Shown here: in pieces, positions 9,363 to 19,083 of the stretch
How positions within the stretch are numbered: position 1 is the stretch's first letter
Layout of the letters: each line of letters begins with the position of its first letter
Assembly: GCA_964603945.1 (NCBI GenBank)
Contig: CAZRWP010000002.1
Span: 123,880-187,879, forward strand
Length of the DNA stretch: 64,000 bases
Origin: an uncultured Pseudomonadales bacterium
GTDB taxonomy: Bacteria; Patescibacteriota; Microgenomatia; UBA1400; UBA1396
Reading direction: 5' to 3'
Made by a program: the position numbers and the translations under genes
The notes under the pieces: model-generated
Told to the model about the DNA's origin: nothing
What the model saw: only the letters and a program-made list of their open reading frames with translations
The model's database searches: none

Positions 9363-12300
9363 TTGTACCAAGAAAGTTTTGAAATTATCGATGATCAATT
9401 GGTTTTCCAATCAGAAAAAGAATTGCCAGGCTCTGATCTTGGCGCCATTCAATCACTTTCTGCTCCCATGATGATGACTTTGGCAGTGAGTAATGCAACT
9501 CCAAGTACAAACGATGCCAATAGAACTAACGGTTGGGCTCATGTGGACCAAGTCACACAAGGTGTTGGCAGTACAGAATTAGAGTTTATTAGTACAAGAA
9601 ATTTTTATAGTTGTTTTGAATATCGGACAGACGGTGATACGAGTCAAAAAATAAGTGACACAAACTTTAATGCAGAAATACTTGACGGTTTATATCCATA
9701 TCATTGTCAAATTAACAACTCCAGACCGAAAACCATAACCGCTAATGAGTATGTTGAGGTTCGAATGGTCTTTGGAGCGGAAAAAGATGAGCGCTTCGAT
9801 TGGACCCGTTTTGATGTGTATAAATTGGATGTACCCGAACAACTTGGTTACAACCTAAAAGATACAAATACTCCCCCAGGGCAAACTCCTCCTAACCTGA
9901 GTTGCAATAACAGCGTTACTAATATCAATGGTGCTTCTGTGGTTTGGACGGATGAAAATACCGATTCCAATATTAAGTATCAGAGACAGTATTCACTTAA
10001 TGGTGGCCAATCATGGTCAGGCAATGAAATCTATACCAGTAAATTTACAAACTTTAGACCTTTTGGTAATAGTGCTGGTATGGATATGAAAGTTAGTTCC
10101 AGAGTCCGTGCTTTCTATGACTTAAATACAGATGGAAAATTAAATAATGACGAACCTGCATCAGATTGGAGCAACGTCTGTGATATTACATTTGATGCAA
10201 CGACTCCAACTATTGAACTTACCAATCCTTCAAGCGGATTTGTAAATAATGTAGTTGATATTAGAGCTTCTGTTCAGGATGCTAACCCTCACCATTATTG
10301 GTTAGCTGCGTATAAGAAAAACGGGTCAGAAATATTCTCAAAAGTTCAAAATCATAGCGAGTCATTCTCTGATACTTCTATATATTCTTGGGATACAACT
10401 CTCGTAGAAGATGGCGAATACATAATTAAATTTGCTGAACGAGATGCTGCTGGAAATCGTACCTCTGACATTAGCGTTGAGGTTACAGTCGACAACCATG
10501 GTCCAGACGCACCAATAATTTCGTTCCCAGGAAATGAGCAATACTTCAAAGCTGCTCCCATTTTAAATCAATGGTCTTCAGTTACTGATCCTGCCGGTAT
10601 AAAAGAGTATCGAGTTGAATATGTCTATGATGATCTACACGATTTTTCCGATGCTCCATACCGCATTGTGACTGGCACTTCACGAAATCACAGTCCAGGC
10701 AATTCTGAACAGGGTGGTGTGACCATTCGTGTCCAAGCTTTTGACAATCTAGGAAACGAAGGTGCTTGGAGTGAGGCAGTTCACTATTATTATGATTCGG
10801 TAGCACCTGACGCACCAACACTAAAGAGTCCTGAAGATGGTTTTATTACCCAAGGTGTAAAGTTCGTCCAAACCTGGGAAGCAGTTGCTGGTGCAGTCAA
10901 GTATAACTATCGCAGCTGCCAAAACGATCCTACAACCGAGACCTGCCAGTTGAAATATAGTGATTCCTACACAAATCCAGTTAAAACCGTGAGTGCAGGT
11001 CAACCTGACAGTCACTTCTGGTGGCAAGTCCAGGCCATTGACGCGGCTGGAAATATTTCACCCTGGAGTGATGCATGGGAAATGACAATCGATAATACTG
11101 CGCCAGAAGGTACTATCGATTCAGTCAAGTACTCCAATGGCAAAGTGTCTGACAAATTCGTAACGAACTTTAACACTCCAGTGATTGTTGGAACTTTCCT
11201 TAGCGATGATGTTGAATCTGCCGTTCTAAGTGTCAATGGTCATGATTATTCAGTTAGCATTAATTCTTCTGACTGGGAAGCAACGATCACTGATGCCATT
11301 CCAGATGGGGATAATGAACTCACGCTGACCGTGACTGACAAAGCTGGCAATTCAAAGTCATTCGACAAAAACATCTTTATAGACACCAAAGCGCCGTCAG
11401 CTACGCATACATATTACAAAAATGGTGAGGCTGTTACTGATTCGATTGCCTACGCTAATAATATCTCTGAGCTAACTTTTACCGGCAATTATGAAGATCA
11501 AACACCTTCAGCCGGTTTATATTGGGATTCATTTGTAATCTTCCAGGCTCAAGATGATGGATCTTTCCGATTCGCTGCTAATGGCAAGAAATCATATTGT
11601 GGCTGGAGAAGCTCACCAAACTTGATCAACCTATCCGGATCAAGTTTCTCTCTTGCGACTCCTGCTCCGTTTTCGGACTGTGTCTCAAGTCTGGAAAATG
11701 GTGAGTATTATTTAGCCCACCAGATTTTCGACAATGCGACCAGAAAAGATATTCCTTCAATTAATCAATTTAGGGATGTTTTAGGGCTGCATTTTGTCAT
11801 CGACAACACCATCCCCACCAGCGCCATAACCGCTCCCATTACCTCGACTACAAATGAAACCTATATCACTAATGACTGGAACGGCTATCTCGCTGGCACA
11901 GCCGCTGATGTCGGTAGTCATGTGACTGAGGTTAAACTCTCAATTAAGCGCAATAATGGCGACTATTGGGATAAAGATAGCGCGAGCTGGATCTCCGATC
12001 CTGGCAATGAAGTTCTCTTCAACGCCGATGGCACGAATAACTGGACCTACACCCTTCCTAGTCACGACCCTGACACCTACACCGTTAGGTCGCACGCGGT
12101 GGATGCCGCCGGTAATCAGGAAAACACAGCCGAGTTGGTCATCATTTATGACCAGACCATTCCTGAAGTAAAGTTAACCATTAATCCAGATCAGGCGGAT
12201 GGACAAAACAATTGGTATGTGACTAAACCTACGGTTACTTTAGATCCTTCTGATGAGAATGGTATTAAATTAATCGAATACCAATGGGATAACACCTCGA

Positions 12301-13442
12301 ATTGGACTCAATACACTCAGCCAATTCAACCTCCAAGTGAAGGTTCTCATCTGCTGACTTATCGAGCCTTTGATCAGGCGAGTAACCCAAGCAAAGAAGG
12401 TGTTAGAACTATTCTCTACGACTCTACCGCACCTGGTCAGCCAGACATCAGCTTCAACCAGAACCCCACCAAGAAAAAAGAGGTGATGGTTATGTGGTCA
12501 GCCTCCCAGGATAACGTCGGCATTGTCCGCTACGATATCAGCTGGTCTGAGAAAGATGGCGACCGCTCATTTAGTAAATCCGTTGGCGGTGATGTCCTGG
12601 AAACCGAAATTGACGAACTGCGCGAAGGCAAGTGGACCGTTAAAGTCAAAGCTTATGATGACGCTGGTCACTCGACAGAATCAACCAGGACTCTGACCGT
12701 CGACACTTCTGCCCCACATGCTCCAGATTTAAAACTGGATAGCTATGTTGGTGGCACCGTTGAACTCAGCTGGGATAAAGTTGAGGATGGCGATGACTAT
12801 GTTGTGCTCTACGGCACCAGTTCTGGCGACTATCCTTTCGCCAAGCGGGTCGGTAATGTTGACTCCGTCACAATCAAAGATCTTAATGCCGGTCCCTACT
12901 ACTTTGTGGTCAAAGCTGAGGACAAGGCCAACAATGTTAGTAAAGCCTCTAATGAAGTCACCACTGCCCCAGATACGGCTGTTTTAGGCACGTCTGAGGT
13001 TGGCGGAGCTGATATTGCCTTAGTTCCGGCGGCTGGTTTTGCACCAACCGAGGAAGTGCTTGGTGACGATACCCAAGATGAAAAAGCTGGCAATATTTTG
13101 TCTGGCTCAGATGAATCAGAAACTCCAGGTGAAGTCTTGGGCGCGACGGACACCAACTCCTTTAACTGGTGGTGGTTGTCCTTGATCATCTACGTCATCA
13201 TGATGCTAATTACCTATGTCATGGCAGCGGAAAGCCGATCACTGCGCATTGTCGGTAACGTTATCGCTACCGCCATTGCCAGTTACTTGCTCTACCGCTG
13301 GCTGCCCCAGCCGCTAGTTTGGATTGGCGGATTGGTGGTCTTAAGCGCGATTATCGAAACATTGGTCTGGCTAAAATTTCCTGGCCAGGCAGTAATTAGC
13401 GTAACCAATAAGCCGACTGGCAGGTTCAAGCAAAATAGCTGA
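9363..13442 (+). CDS. giant surface protein, multi Ig/FN3-like beta-sandwich domains, C-terminal TM anchor (1359 aa as listed; frame open from 9258)
   Basis: Recurrent domain-boundary motifs about every 100 aa (VDNHGPDAP, YDSVAPDAP, IDNTAPEG, IDTKAPSA, IDNTIPTS, YDQTIPEV, YDSTAPGQP, VDTSAPHAP). C-terminal hydrophobic helices WWWLSLIIYVIMMLITYV.., VWIGGLVVLSAIIETLVWL. TTG is the first in-frame start, with no signal peptide of its own. Confidence 0.7.
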   Translation: MYQESFEIIDDQLVFQSEKELPGSDLGAIQSLSAPMMMTLAVSNATPSTNDANRTNGWAHVDQVTQGVGSTELEFISTRNFYSCFEYRTDGDTSQKISDTNFNAEILDGLYPYHCQINNSRPKTITANEYVEVRMVFGAEKDERFDWTRFDVYKLDVPEQLGYNLKDTNTPPGQTPPNLSCNNSVTNINGASVVWTDENTDSNIKYQRQYSLNGGQSWSGNEIYTSKFTNFRPFGNSAGMDMKVSSRVRAFYDLNTDGKLNNDEPASDWSNVCDITFDATTPTIELTNPSSGFVNNVVDIRASVQDANPHHYWLAAYKKNGSEIFSKVQNHSESFSDTSIYSWDTTLVEDGEYIIKFAERDAAGNRTSDISVEVTVDNHGPDAPIISFPGNEQYFKAAPILNQWSSVTDPAGIKEYRVEYVYDDLHDFSDAPYRIVTGTSRNHSPGNSEQGGVTIRVQAFDNLGNEGAWSEAVHYYYDSVAPDAPTLKSPEDGFITQGVKFVQTWEAVAGAVKYNYRSCQNDPTTETCQLKYSDSYTNPVKTVSAGQPDSHFWWQVQAIDAAGNISPWSDAWEMTIDNTAPEGTIDSVKYSNGKVSDKFVTNFNTPVIVGTFLSDDVESAVLSVNGHDYSVSINSSDWEATITDAIPDGDNELTLTVTDKAGNSKSFDKNIFIDTKAPSATHTYYKNGEAVTDSIAYANNISELTFTGNYEDQTPSAGLYWDSFVIFQAQDDGSFRFAANGKKSYCGWRSSPNLINLSGSSFSLATPAPFSDCVSSLENGEYYLAHQIFDNATRKDIPSINQFRDVLGLHFVIDNTIPTSAITAPITSTTNETYITNDWNGYLAGTAADVGSHVTEVKLSIKRNNGDYWDKDSASWISDPGNEVLFNADGTNNWTYTLPSHDPDTYTVRSHAVDAAGNQENTAELVIIYDQTIPEVKLTINPDQADGQNNWYVTKPTVTLDPSDENGIKLIEYQWDNTSNWTQYTQPIQPPSEGSHLLTYRAFDQASNPSKEGVRTILYDSTAPGQPDISFNQNPTKKKEVMVMWSASQDNVGIVRYDISWSEKDGDRSFSKSVGGDVLETEIDELREGKWTVKVKAYDDAGHSTESTRTLTVDTSAPHAPDLKLDSYVGGTVELSWDKVEDGDDYVVLYGTSSGDYPFAKRVGNVDSVTIKDLNAGPYYFVVKAEDKANNVSKASNEVTTAPDTAVLGTSEVGGADIALVPAAGFAPTEEVLGDDTQDEKAGNILSGSDESETPGEVLGATDTNSFNWWWLSLIIYVIMMLITYVMAAESRSLRIVGNVIATAIASYLLYRWLPQPLVWIGGLVVLSAIIETLVWLKFPGQAVISVTNKPTGRFKQNS

Positions 13443-13484
13443 TACTACAACTACCTTAAATGACCTTTATTTGGAGGGATTTGT

Positions 13485-14426
13485 ATGCAGAGGATACTTG
13501 TAACTGGAGCGTTTGGATTAGTTGGCAGTGAGCTGGTGCCTGCCCTACAAGCTATTTATGGTCAAGACAATGTGATTGCCCTCGCCCGCCAGACGGCGGA
13601 TGACAACTTTGTCGGTATTTTAGAGCGTGGCGATGTCAGTGATTTTCTAACTCTTAAAAATTTGATCAAAAAGTATGAAATTACGCAGGTTTACCATCTG
13701 GCCGGCCTTCTCTCTGCTGGTGGCGAGAAAAATCCGGACTTAGCCTGGAATGTAAATATTAACGGTTTGCGCAATGTCCTGGAACTTGCCCGTGAATTCA
13801 AGTTAAAGGTCTTTTGGCCCAGCTCGATTGCTGTTTTTGGTTCATCTACGCCTAAGCAAAACGTACCTCAGCACACTGTGCTTGAGCCGAGCACTATGTA
13901 TGGCGTGACCAAGGTGGCGGGAGAACTTTTGTGCCAATACTATGCTCAGCGTTATCACGTGGATGTGCGAAGTTTGCGCTATCCCGGCTTAAATGGCTGG
14001 AAGGCCGCGCCTGGCGATGGCACCACCGAGTACGCCATTCACATTTTTTACGGTGCCTTGCGTGATAACGCTTACACTTGCTTTTTAAAGCCTGACGCCC
14101 GCTTGCCCATGATGTATCTGGATGACGCCATTCGTGGCACCATTGAATTGATGGAAGCTGACGAGAGCCAAATTTCCATCCGTACCAGTTACAATTTTGG
14201 CGCTATTTCCTTTACCCCCGCTGAACTGGTGGCGGAAATAACTAAACTTTCCCCTGGTTTTACAGTTAAGTATGAGCCGGATTTTAGACAGGCTATTGCC
14301 GAGTCCTGGCCGCAAAGCATTGATGACTCGACTGCCCGCCATGACTGGGGTTGGCAGCCAAAATATGAACTAGCAGAAATGGCTAAGGATTTGTATCAGA
14401 ATATTGGAAAAAAGCTGGCAGAATAA
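13485..14426 (+). CDS. NAD-dependent epimerase/dehydratase family (GalE-like L-threonine 3-dehydrogenase-like)
   Basis: Rossmann motif VTGAFGLVGSEL, catalytic YGVTKVAGE (YxxxK), about 313 aa. Blocks PSSIAVFG, RYPGL, DDSTARHDWGW are recalled from the short-chain TDH family. Confidence 0.6.
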   Translation: MQRILVTGAFGLVGSELVPALQAIYGQDNVIALARQTADDNFVGILERGDVSDFLTLKNLIKKYEITQVYHLAGLLSAGGEKNPDLAWNVNINGLRNVLELAREFKLKVFWPSSIAVFGSSTPKQNVPQHTVLEPSTMYGVTKVAGELLCQYYAQRYHVDVRSLRYPGLNGWKAAPGDGTTEYAIHIFYGALRDNAYTCFLKPDARLPMMYLDDAIRGTIELMEADESQISIRTSYNFGAISFTPAELVAEITKLSPGFTVKYEPDFRQAIAESWPQSIDDSTARHDWGWQPKYELAEMAKDLYQNIGKKLAE

Positions 14427-14523
14427 GTATAAAGTTAGCAGAATAAGTATAAGATTAATATTTTTTTCCCCAAGAGTTGAGTTAAGTTTCATTCTATGCT
14501 TATAATGGCACTATAAATAGTTA

Positions 14524-17500
14524 ATGTTTGGTGTTGCCAGGGGTGTCATCTATCAAAAGACTGAATTCATGATTAGTAAATTAAACATTCTAAACCATAC
14601 AATTAATCGACTGCCTAAAATTGGTAAAGTTTTCTCGATAACGCTACTTGCCTTAACTTTAGGAGTCTTATTTTCAAGTTCAATTTCACAAGTAAAAGCC
14701 GAGCCATTAGTAGGTGAACTATCTTTTGACTCTACCGCTATAAATGTGACCGAAGGTGCGAATAACACCTATAGTATAGTCTTATTAAGCCAGCCAGTTA
14801 GTGATGTAGTTGTAACCTTAAGTCATGATGGCGAAATTTCGGTAGACAAAGACTCTGTGACCTTTACTGATTCTAATTGGGGAACGCCACAGATCATAAC
14901 GGTCACAGGTACTACTGATAATAAAGTTGAAGGGTCACACGATAGCACTATCACTCATTCTATTGCCACCGATACCGAAGTGGCCGAAGTCGTGGTTACA
15001 ATTGCAGATGCTACAGAAGCTGGTTATACGATACCAACCTCCAACTTTGAATTGGCCGAAAATAATCAAAGTGTCACTCGTGAAGTTGTATTGACCGCAC
15101 AACCAATTAATGACGTGGTATTTTCACTTACCTCTACCAATCCAGATAGGGTTATTGTAACGCCAGCAACTCTAACCTTTACAAATGCTAATTGGAGCAT
15201 CCAGCAAGAAATTTCTATTGCTTCTGTGGATGATTATATTCAGCAAACTTCTCCCGTAACAGCTGATATAAGTATTGGAATTGACGATGATAATAGTGAT
15301 CCACTTTGGGCGGATTTAACAGATAGTTCTTTTACCGTAACTCTCACCGATAACGATACCGCCGGCGTGACCGTTTCACCCACCTCCGTAAGTACCACTG
15401 AAGGTGGCGACACCGACGAGTACACAGTTAAACTGGACTCCCAGCCAACTGGCAACGTGGTAATTAACGTCATCCCAGACGGCCAAAGCTCCACCGATAA
15501 GTCAACGCTAACCTTTACCGCTGGCAATTGGGACTCCGACCAGACGGTTACGGTAACTGCGGTGGATGACACTTTAATTGAAGGCAACCACGCCTCCACC
15601 ATTACCCATGAAATTAACACCGCCTCTACCGATGACGCTCTTTATGACTCTTTAGACTCTCTAACGATTGTGACTAATAATATTTCAGATAACGACAATC
15701 CTGGCTTTTCTTTAAGCACGAAAAATTTGTCCGTAGAGGAAAATGGTGGCACCAATACTTTCTCCGTAGTTTTGTCCGCCCAGCCACAAGGCACCGTTAA
15801 CTTTGCTTTAGTTAGCAGTAGTACTGATGAGGCGACCGTTTCTCCGACCTCCATAACTTTTACTAACGCTAACTGGGATGAGGCGCAAGTTGTGACCGTG
15901 ACCGGCGTAGATGATGACCACCTCGGTAATGACACTGCCCAAATTAGCGTTAGCGTTGACAGTTCTGGATCTGACGCTAACTGGGACTCACTACCCACAG
16001 ACTCAGTTGATATTTTGCTCCTAAATAATGACGAGGCCGGCGTGACCGTTTCACCCACCTCCGTAAGTACCACTGAAGGTGGCGACACCGACGAGTACAC
16101 CTTGGTCTTAACTGCCCAACCCTCGTCGGAGGTAATAATTGATATCTCCCCAGACGACCAAAGCTTAGTAGATCCTAACCAAGTTACCTTTACTACTGGC
16201 AACTGGAACATAGCCCAAACCATTACCGTATCTGCAAATGATGACACGCTTCTGGAGCCGACTCACTCTAGTACTATTTCTCACAGTCTAAGTGGTGACA
16301 CTGACTTTAGTGAAGTTTCCATTAGTAGCGTTACTAACACCATTACAGACAATGACCAAGGTGCCATTGAAGTAGAAAGCACGTCTTTAGTTGTTGGTGA
16401 AAATGGTGGTGAAGGCTCGATTGCAGTTCGTCTAACTCAGCCTCCCACCGCTAGCGTGGTCGTCCAAGCGGTTTCTACTGACACTAGTGAGGCAACTGTT
16501 TCTCCTAGTGAACTCACCTTTACCACGGACAATTGGCAAGATTACCAGAACTTTTTAGTTGTGGGTGTAGATGACAATATTGACCGCAACGACAGCACCA
16601 CTATTTCCTTAAACATTGATGAAACCCGTTCTCCAGAAGAGTGGCAAGGCACGGACAGTGTCCAAGTAGAGATCTCTCTCACCGATAACGATACCGCCGG
16701 CGTGACCGTTTCACCCACCTCCGTAAGTACCACTGAAGGTGGCGACACCGACGAGTACACAGTTAAACTGGACTCCCAGCCAACTGGCAACGTGGTAATT
16801 AACGTCATCCCAGACGGCCAAAGCTCCACCGATAAGTCAACGCTAACCTTTACCGCTGGCAATTGGGACTCCGACCAGACGGTTACGGTAACTGCGGTGG
16901 ATGATGTAACGGTAGAAGGCACACATAGTAGTACTATCAATCACGAAATTAATACCAGCGACACTGAAGATTCTGTCTATTTAGAACTAGGTTCGTTATC
17001 TCAAGTAGCCAATAACATTACGGATAATGATAGTCCTGCTTACACTCTGTCAGATGAATCTACTTCAATTACTGAAGGGAGTTCTCAAGTTATAAGTATT
17101 AATTTGCAAACCCGCCCAACTTCAACTGATTCACCAATAAAACTAGAAATAAATTCTTCAGATACTAATGAAGCAAGTGTTGACCCCTCATTTGTTGAGT
17201 TTACCTATGACAATTGGAACACGCCAAAAAACTTTACGATTTATAGTATCGAAGACTACGTAGTACGTAGTGATACGGCTACTATTTCCATCTCACCAGC
17301 TGAGACTAATCCGACTAGCTGGAAAGGGGATCAGCTAGCTGATAAACAAATTAATGTCAGTTTTATTGACAATGACGTGCCTGCTTTTAGCGTTAGCCAG
17401 TTAGATGTGGGTATAGCTGAAGGAGATTCAGATACGGTTGAAGTTATGCTTGATGTAGCTCCGGAAAACCAAGTTGCATTGACTGTAGCTAGCAGTAATC

Positions 17501-18789
17501 CTTCATTAGCTACGGTATCACCGAACTCACTTATATTTACCAACGCTAATTGGGACACGCCACAAGTAGTTACCTTAGAGGCCGTAGAAAATGATGTTGT
17601 AGGAAATAGTACTTCGGAAATTTCTCTTTCCATTGACACTTCTAATTCTGATGCAGCCTGGCATGGATTAATGGTAGAAACTGTATCGCTCATGATTCAA
17701 GACAATGATTCTCCTCAAGTATTATTGTCTCCGACTGATATCGAACTTGAAGAAGGTAGTTCAGGCGCAGTCAGCTTGAGATTAGGTTCCCAACCCCAGA
17801 CAGACTCTGTTGTGGTAATTGAGCTAATTCCAAACACGACTGAGTTGGATTTAGGTAATGGATTTGCTTCCAATATGACAGTTAGTTTTGATAGCACCAA
17901 TTGGAATGTAAATCAACAAGTGCCAATTATGGTTCAGGATAACTCTTTAGTCGATGACAATCGGATGGCTGAAATAAGAGCCAATATAAGCGTTATTGAA
18001 ACTACTGATCCAGATTATCTTGACCTAGTCTGGGATGAAATTATTTATGTACAAATTCTTAATAATGATGATCCAGAAATTCCTGTGCCAGAAGAACCAA
18101 CGCCAGAAGAGCCAACACCGCCCAAGAAAAGCAGTAAAAAACCCAAGAGCGAGTCAGAAAACAGAAGCAAAGCTTGCACTAACAGCAGCCCAACCGGAAA
18201 GCCATATTTGTTTCAAATTAAGATGCAGGGATCTTCAGCAGAACTATTCTTTGCTCCTACCCAAAACACAACTGACTACTTAGTTATGTATAACGTTGTC
18301 AATAATGATCAACAACACTCAATGAAGTTTGCCCATAAAGATAATTCGGGAGTTGTGTCAACGACCATCAATGATCTGGCTACAAATACGCAGTATAGTT
18401 TTAGTGTGCGCTCATTCAATGAGTGCCAACCAGGTGAGTGGAGCAATGAAATGGTTGTCAAAACCAGTGCAAGCACCACGGCTACCCTATTTTATGCCGG
18501 TGGCGAATCCGAAGCGGCGGGCGGATCATCGGCGAATACTGACCTTGTCGGATCTGAACTTTCAACTGTGGATAATAATGAATCTGTATTACTTGAAGCT
18601 TCACCTGATGATTTTGTAGCCGATAAAGCAAATAACGACCCAACTAGCAATGATCGTGACGATGGTGAAAATGCGGACAATTCTCATCAACTTAGTGGAG
18701 CAACTAATTCAGTCGGCAATAATGAACAACCAAACAAATCTTGGTTAAGACGAGTTTGGGATACATTTACCAATATATTTTCCAGGTAA
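14524..18789 (+). CDS. giant secreted repeat protein (1421 aa): signal peptide, at least 10 tandem roughly 100-aa beta-sandwich (Calx-beta/cadherin-like) repeats, FN3-like domain, acidic low-complexity C-terminus
   Basis: Signal-like KIGKVFSITLLALTLGVLFSSSISQVKA (the true start may be the Met at about 14569). Repeat consensus ...VTVSPTS..T.EGG.T..Y.V.L..QP...V......TF...NW...Q.V.V.AVDD...EG.H..TI.H.... PEEPTPEEPTPPKK linker. Confidence 0.8.
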   Translation: MFGVARGVIYQKTEFMISKLNILNHTINRLPKIGKVFSITLLALTLGVLFSSSISQVKAEPLVGELSFDSTAINVTEGANNTYSIVLLSQPVSDVVVTLSHDGEISVDKDSVTFTDSNWGTPQIITVTGTTDNKVEGSHDSTITHSIATDTEVAEVVVTIADATEAGYTIPTSNFELAENNQSVTREVVLTAQPINDVVFSLTSTNPDRVIVTPATLTFTNANWSIQQEISIASVDDYIQQTSPVTADISIGIDDDNSDPLWADLTDSSFTVTLTDNDTAGVTVSPTSVSTTEGGDTDEYTVKLDSQPTGNVVINVIPDGQSSTDKSTLTFTAGNWDSDQTVTVTAVDDTLIEGNHASTITHEINTASTDDALYDSLDSLTIVTNNISDNDNPGFSLSTKNLSVEENGGTNTFSVVLSAQPQGTVNFALVSSSTDEATVSPTSITFTNANWDEAQVVTVTGVDDDHLGNDTAQISVSVDSSGSDANWDSLPTDSVDILLLNNDEAGVTVSPTSVSTTEGGDTDEYTLVLTAQPSSEVIIDISPDDQSLVDPNQVTFTTGNWNIAQTITVSANDDTLLEPTHSSTISHSLSGDTDFSEVSISSVTNTITDNDQGAIEVESTSLVVGENGGEGSIAVRLTQPPTASVVVQAVSTDTSEATVSPSELTFTTDNWQDYQNFLVVGVDDNIDRNDSTTISLNIDETRSPEEWQGTDSVQVEISLTDNDTAGVTVSPTSVSTTEGGDTDEYTVKLDSQPTGNVVINVIPDGQSSTDKSTLTFTAGNWDSDQTVTVTAVDDVTVEGTHSSTINHEINTSDTEDSVYLELGSLSQVANNITDNDSPAYTLSDESTSITEGSSQVISINLQTRPTSTDSPIKLEINSSDTNEASVDPSFVEFTYDNWNTPKNFTIYSIEDYVVRSDTATISISPAETNPTSWKGDQLADKQINVSFIDNDVPAFSVSQLDVGIAEGDSDTVEVMLDVAPENQVALTVASSNPSLATVSPNSLIFTNANWDTPQVVTLEAVENDVVGNSTSEISLSIDTSNSDAAWHGLMVETVSLMIQDNDSPQVLLSPTDIELEEGSSGAVSLRLGSQPQTDSVVVIELIPNTTELDLGNGFASNMTVSFDSTNWNVNQQVPIMVQDNSLVDDNRMAEIRANISVIETTDPDYLDLVWDEIIYVQILNNDDPEIPVPEEPTPEEPTPPKKSSKKPKSESENRSKACTNSSPTGKPYLFQIKMQGSSAELFFAPTQNTTDYLVMYNVVNNDQQHSMKFAHKDNSGVVSTTINDLATNTQYSFSVRSFNECQPGEWSNEMVVKTSASTTATLFYAGGESEAAGGSSANTDLVGSELSTVDNNESVLLEASPDDFVADKANNDPTSNDRDDGENADNSHQLSGATNSVGNNEQPNKSWLRRVWDTFTNIFSR
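15346..15579 (+). repeat. exact 234-nt intragenic direct repeat, copy 1 (copy 2 at 16681..16914; partial third copy 16036..16100)
   Basis: Base-by-base comparison of the two stretches shows 234/234 identity. The third copy shares the first 65 nt. Confidence 0.85.
16681..16914 (+). repeat. exact 234-nt intragenic direct repeat, copy 2
   Basis: Identical to 15346..15579. Confidence 0.85.
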
Positions 18790-19036
18790 GAATTGATTGA
18801 GCAATTAACCGGTTGACCGGAGATAAAGTTAAAATATATCGTTAGGCATAAGGAGACGCAATTATATAGATAGGTCGCGAAACACATACGACCCATACAA
18901 TGGTAGTGAAAATCATTTATATCGTGCTACAATTCATCTAATGCAAAACTTAAACCTGCACCACCATGCTTGGTATTTTAACCTTTCTGGGAGAGGCGCG
19001 TTTTTGGCATAACAAAAAATAAATTAAAACAGCACA

Positions 19037-19064
19037 ACCTCCCAGACGGGAGGTTTTTTGTTTT
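19037..19064 (+). terminator. rho-independent terminator (ACCTCCC-AGAC-GGGAGGT + TTTTTTGTTTT)
   Basis: Perfect 7-bp GC-rich stem plus a U tract; it lies 250 nt after the giant gene and 20 nt before the next RBS. Confidence 0.7.
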
Positions 19065-19083
19065 AGTAAAGAAAGAGGTGAAT

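Noticed and set aside
15240-17693. Several 120-200-aa minus-strand ORFs inside the giant repeat gene (15240..15620, 15642..16247, 16542..16940, 17331..17693), plus small antisense ORFs inside the 9363..13442 gene
   Set aside because: They lie antisense to a strongly supported repeat-protein CDS. Their Ser/Val/Thr-rich translations are the reverse-complement echo of the acidic repeats.
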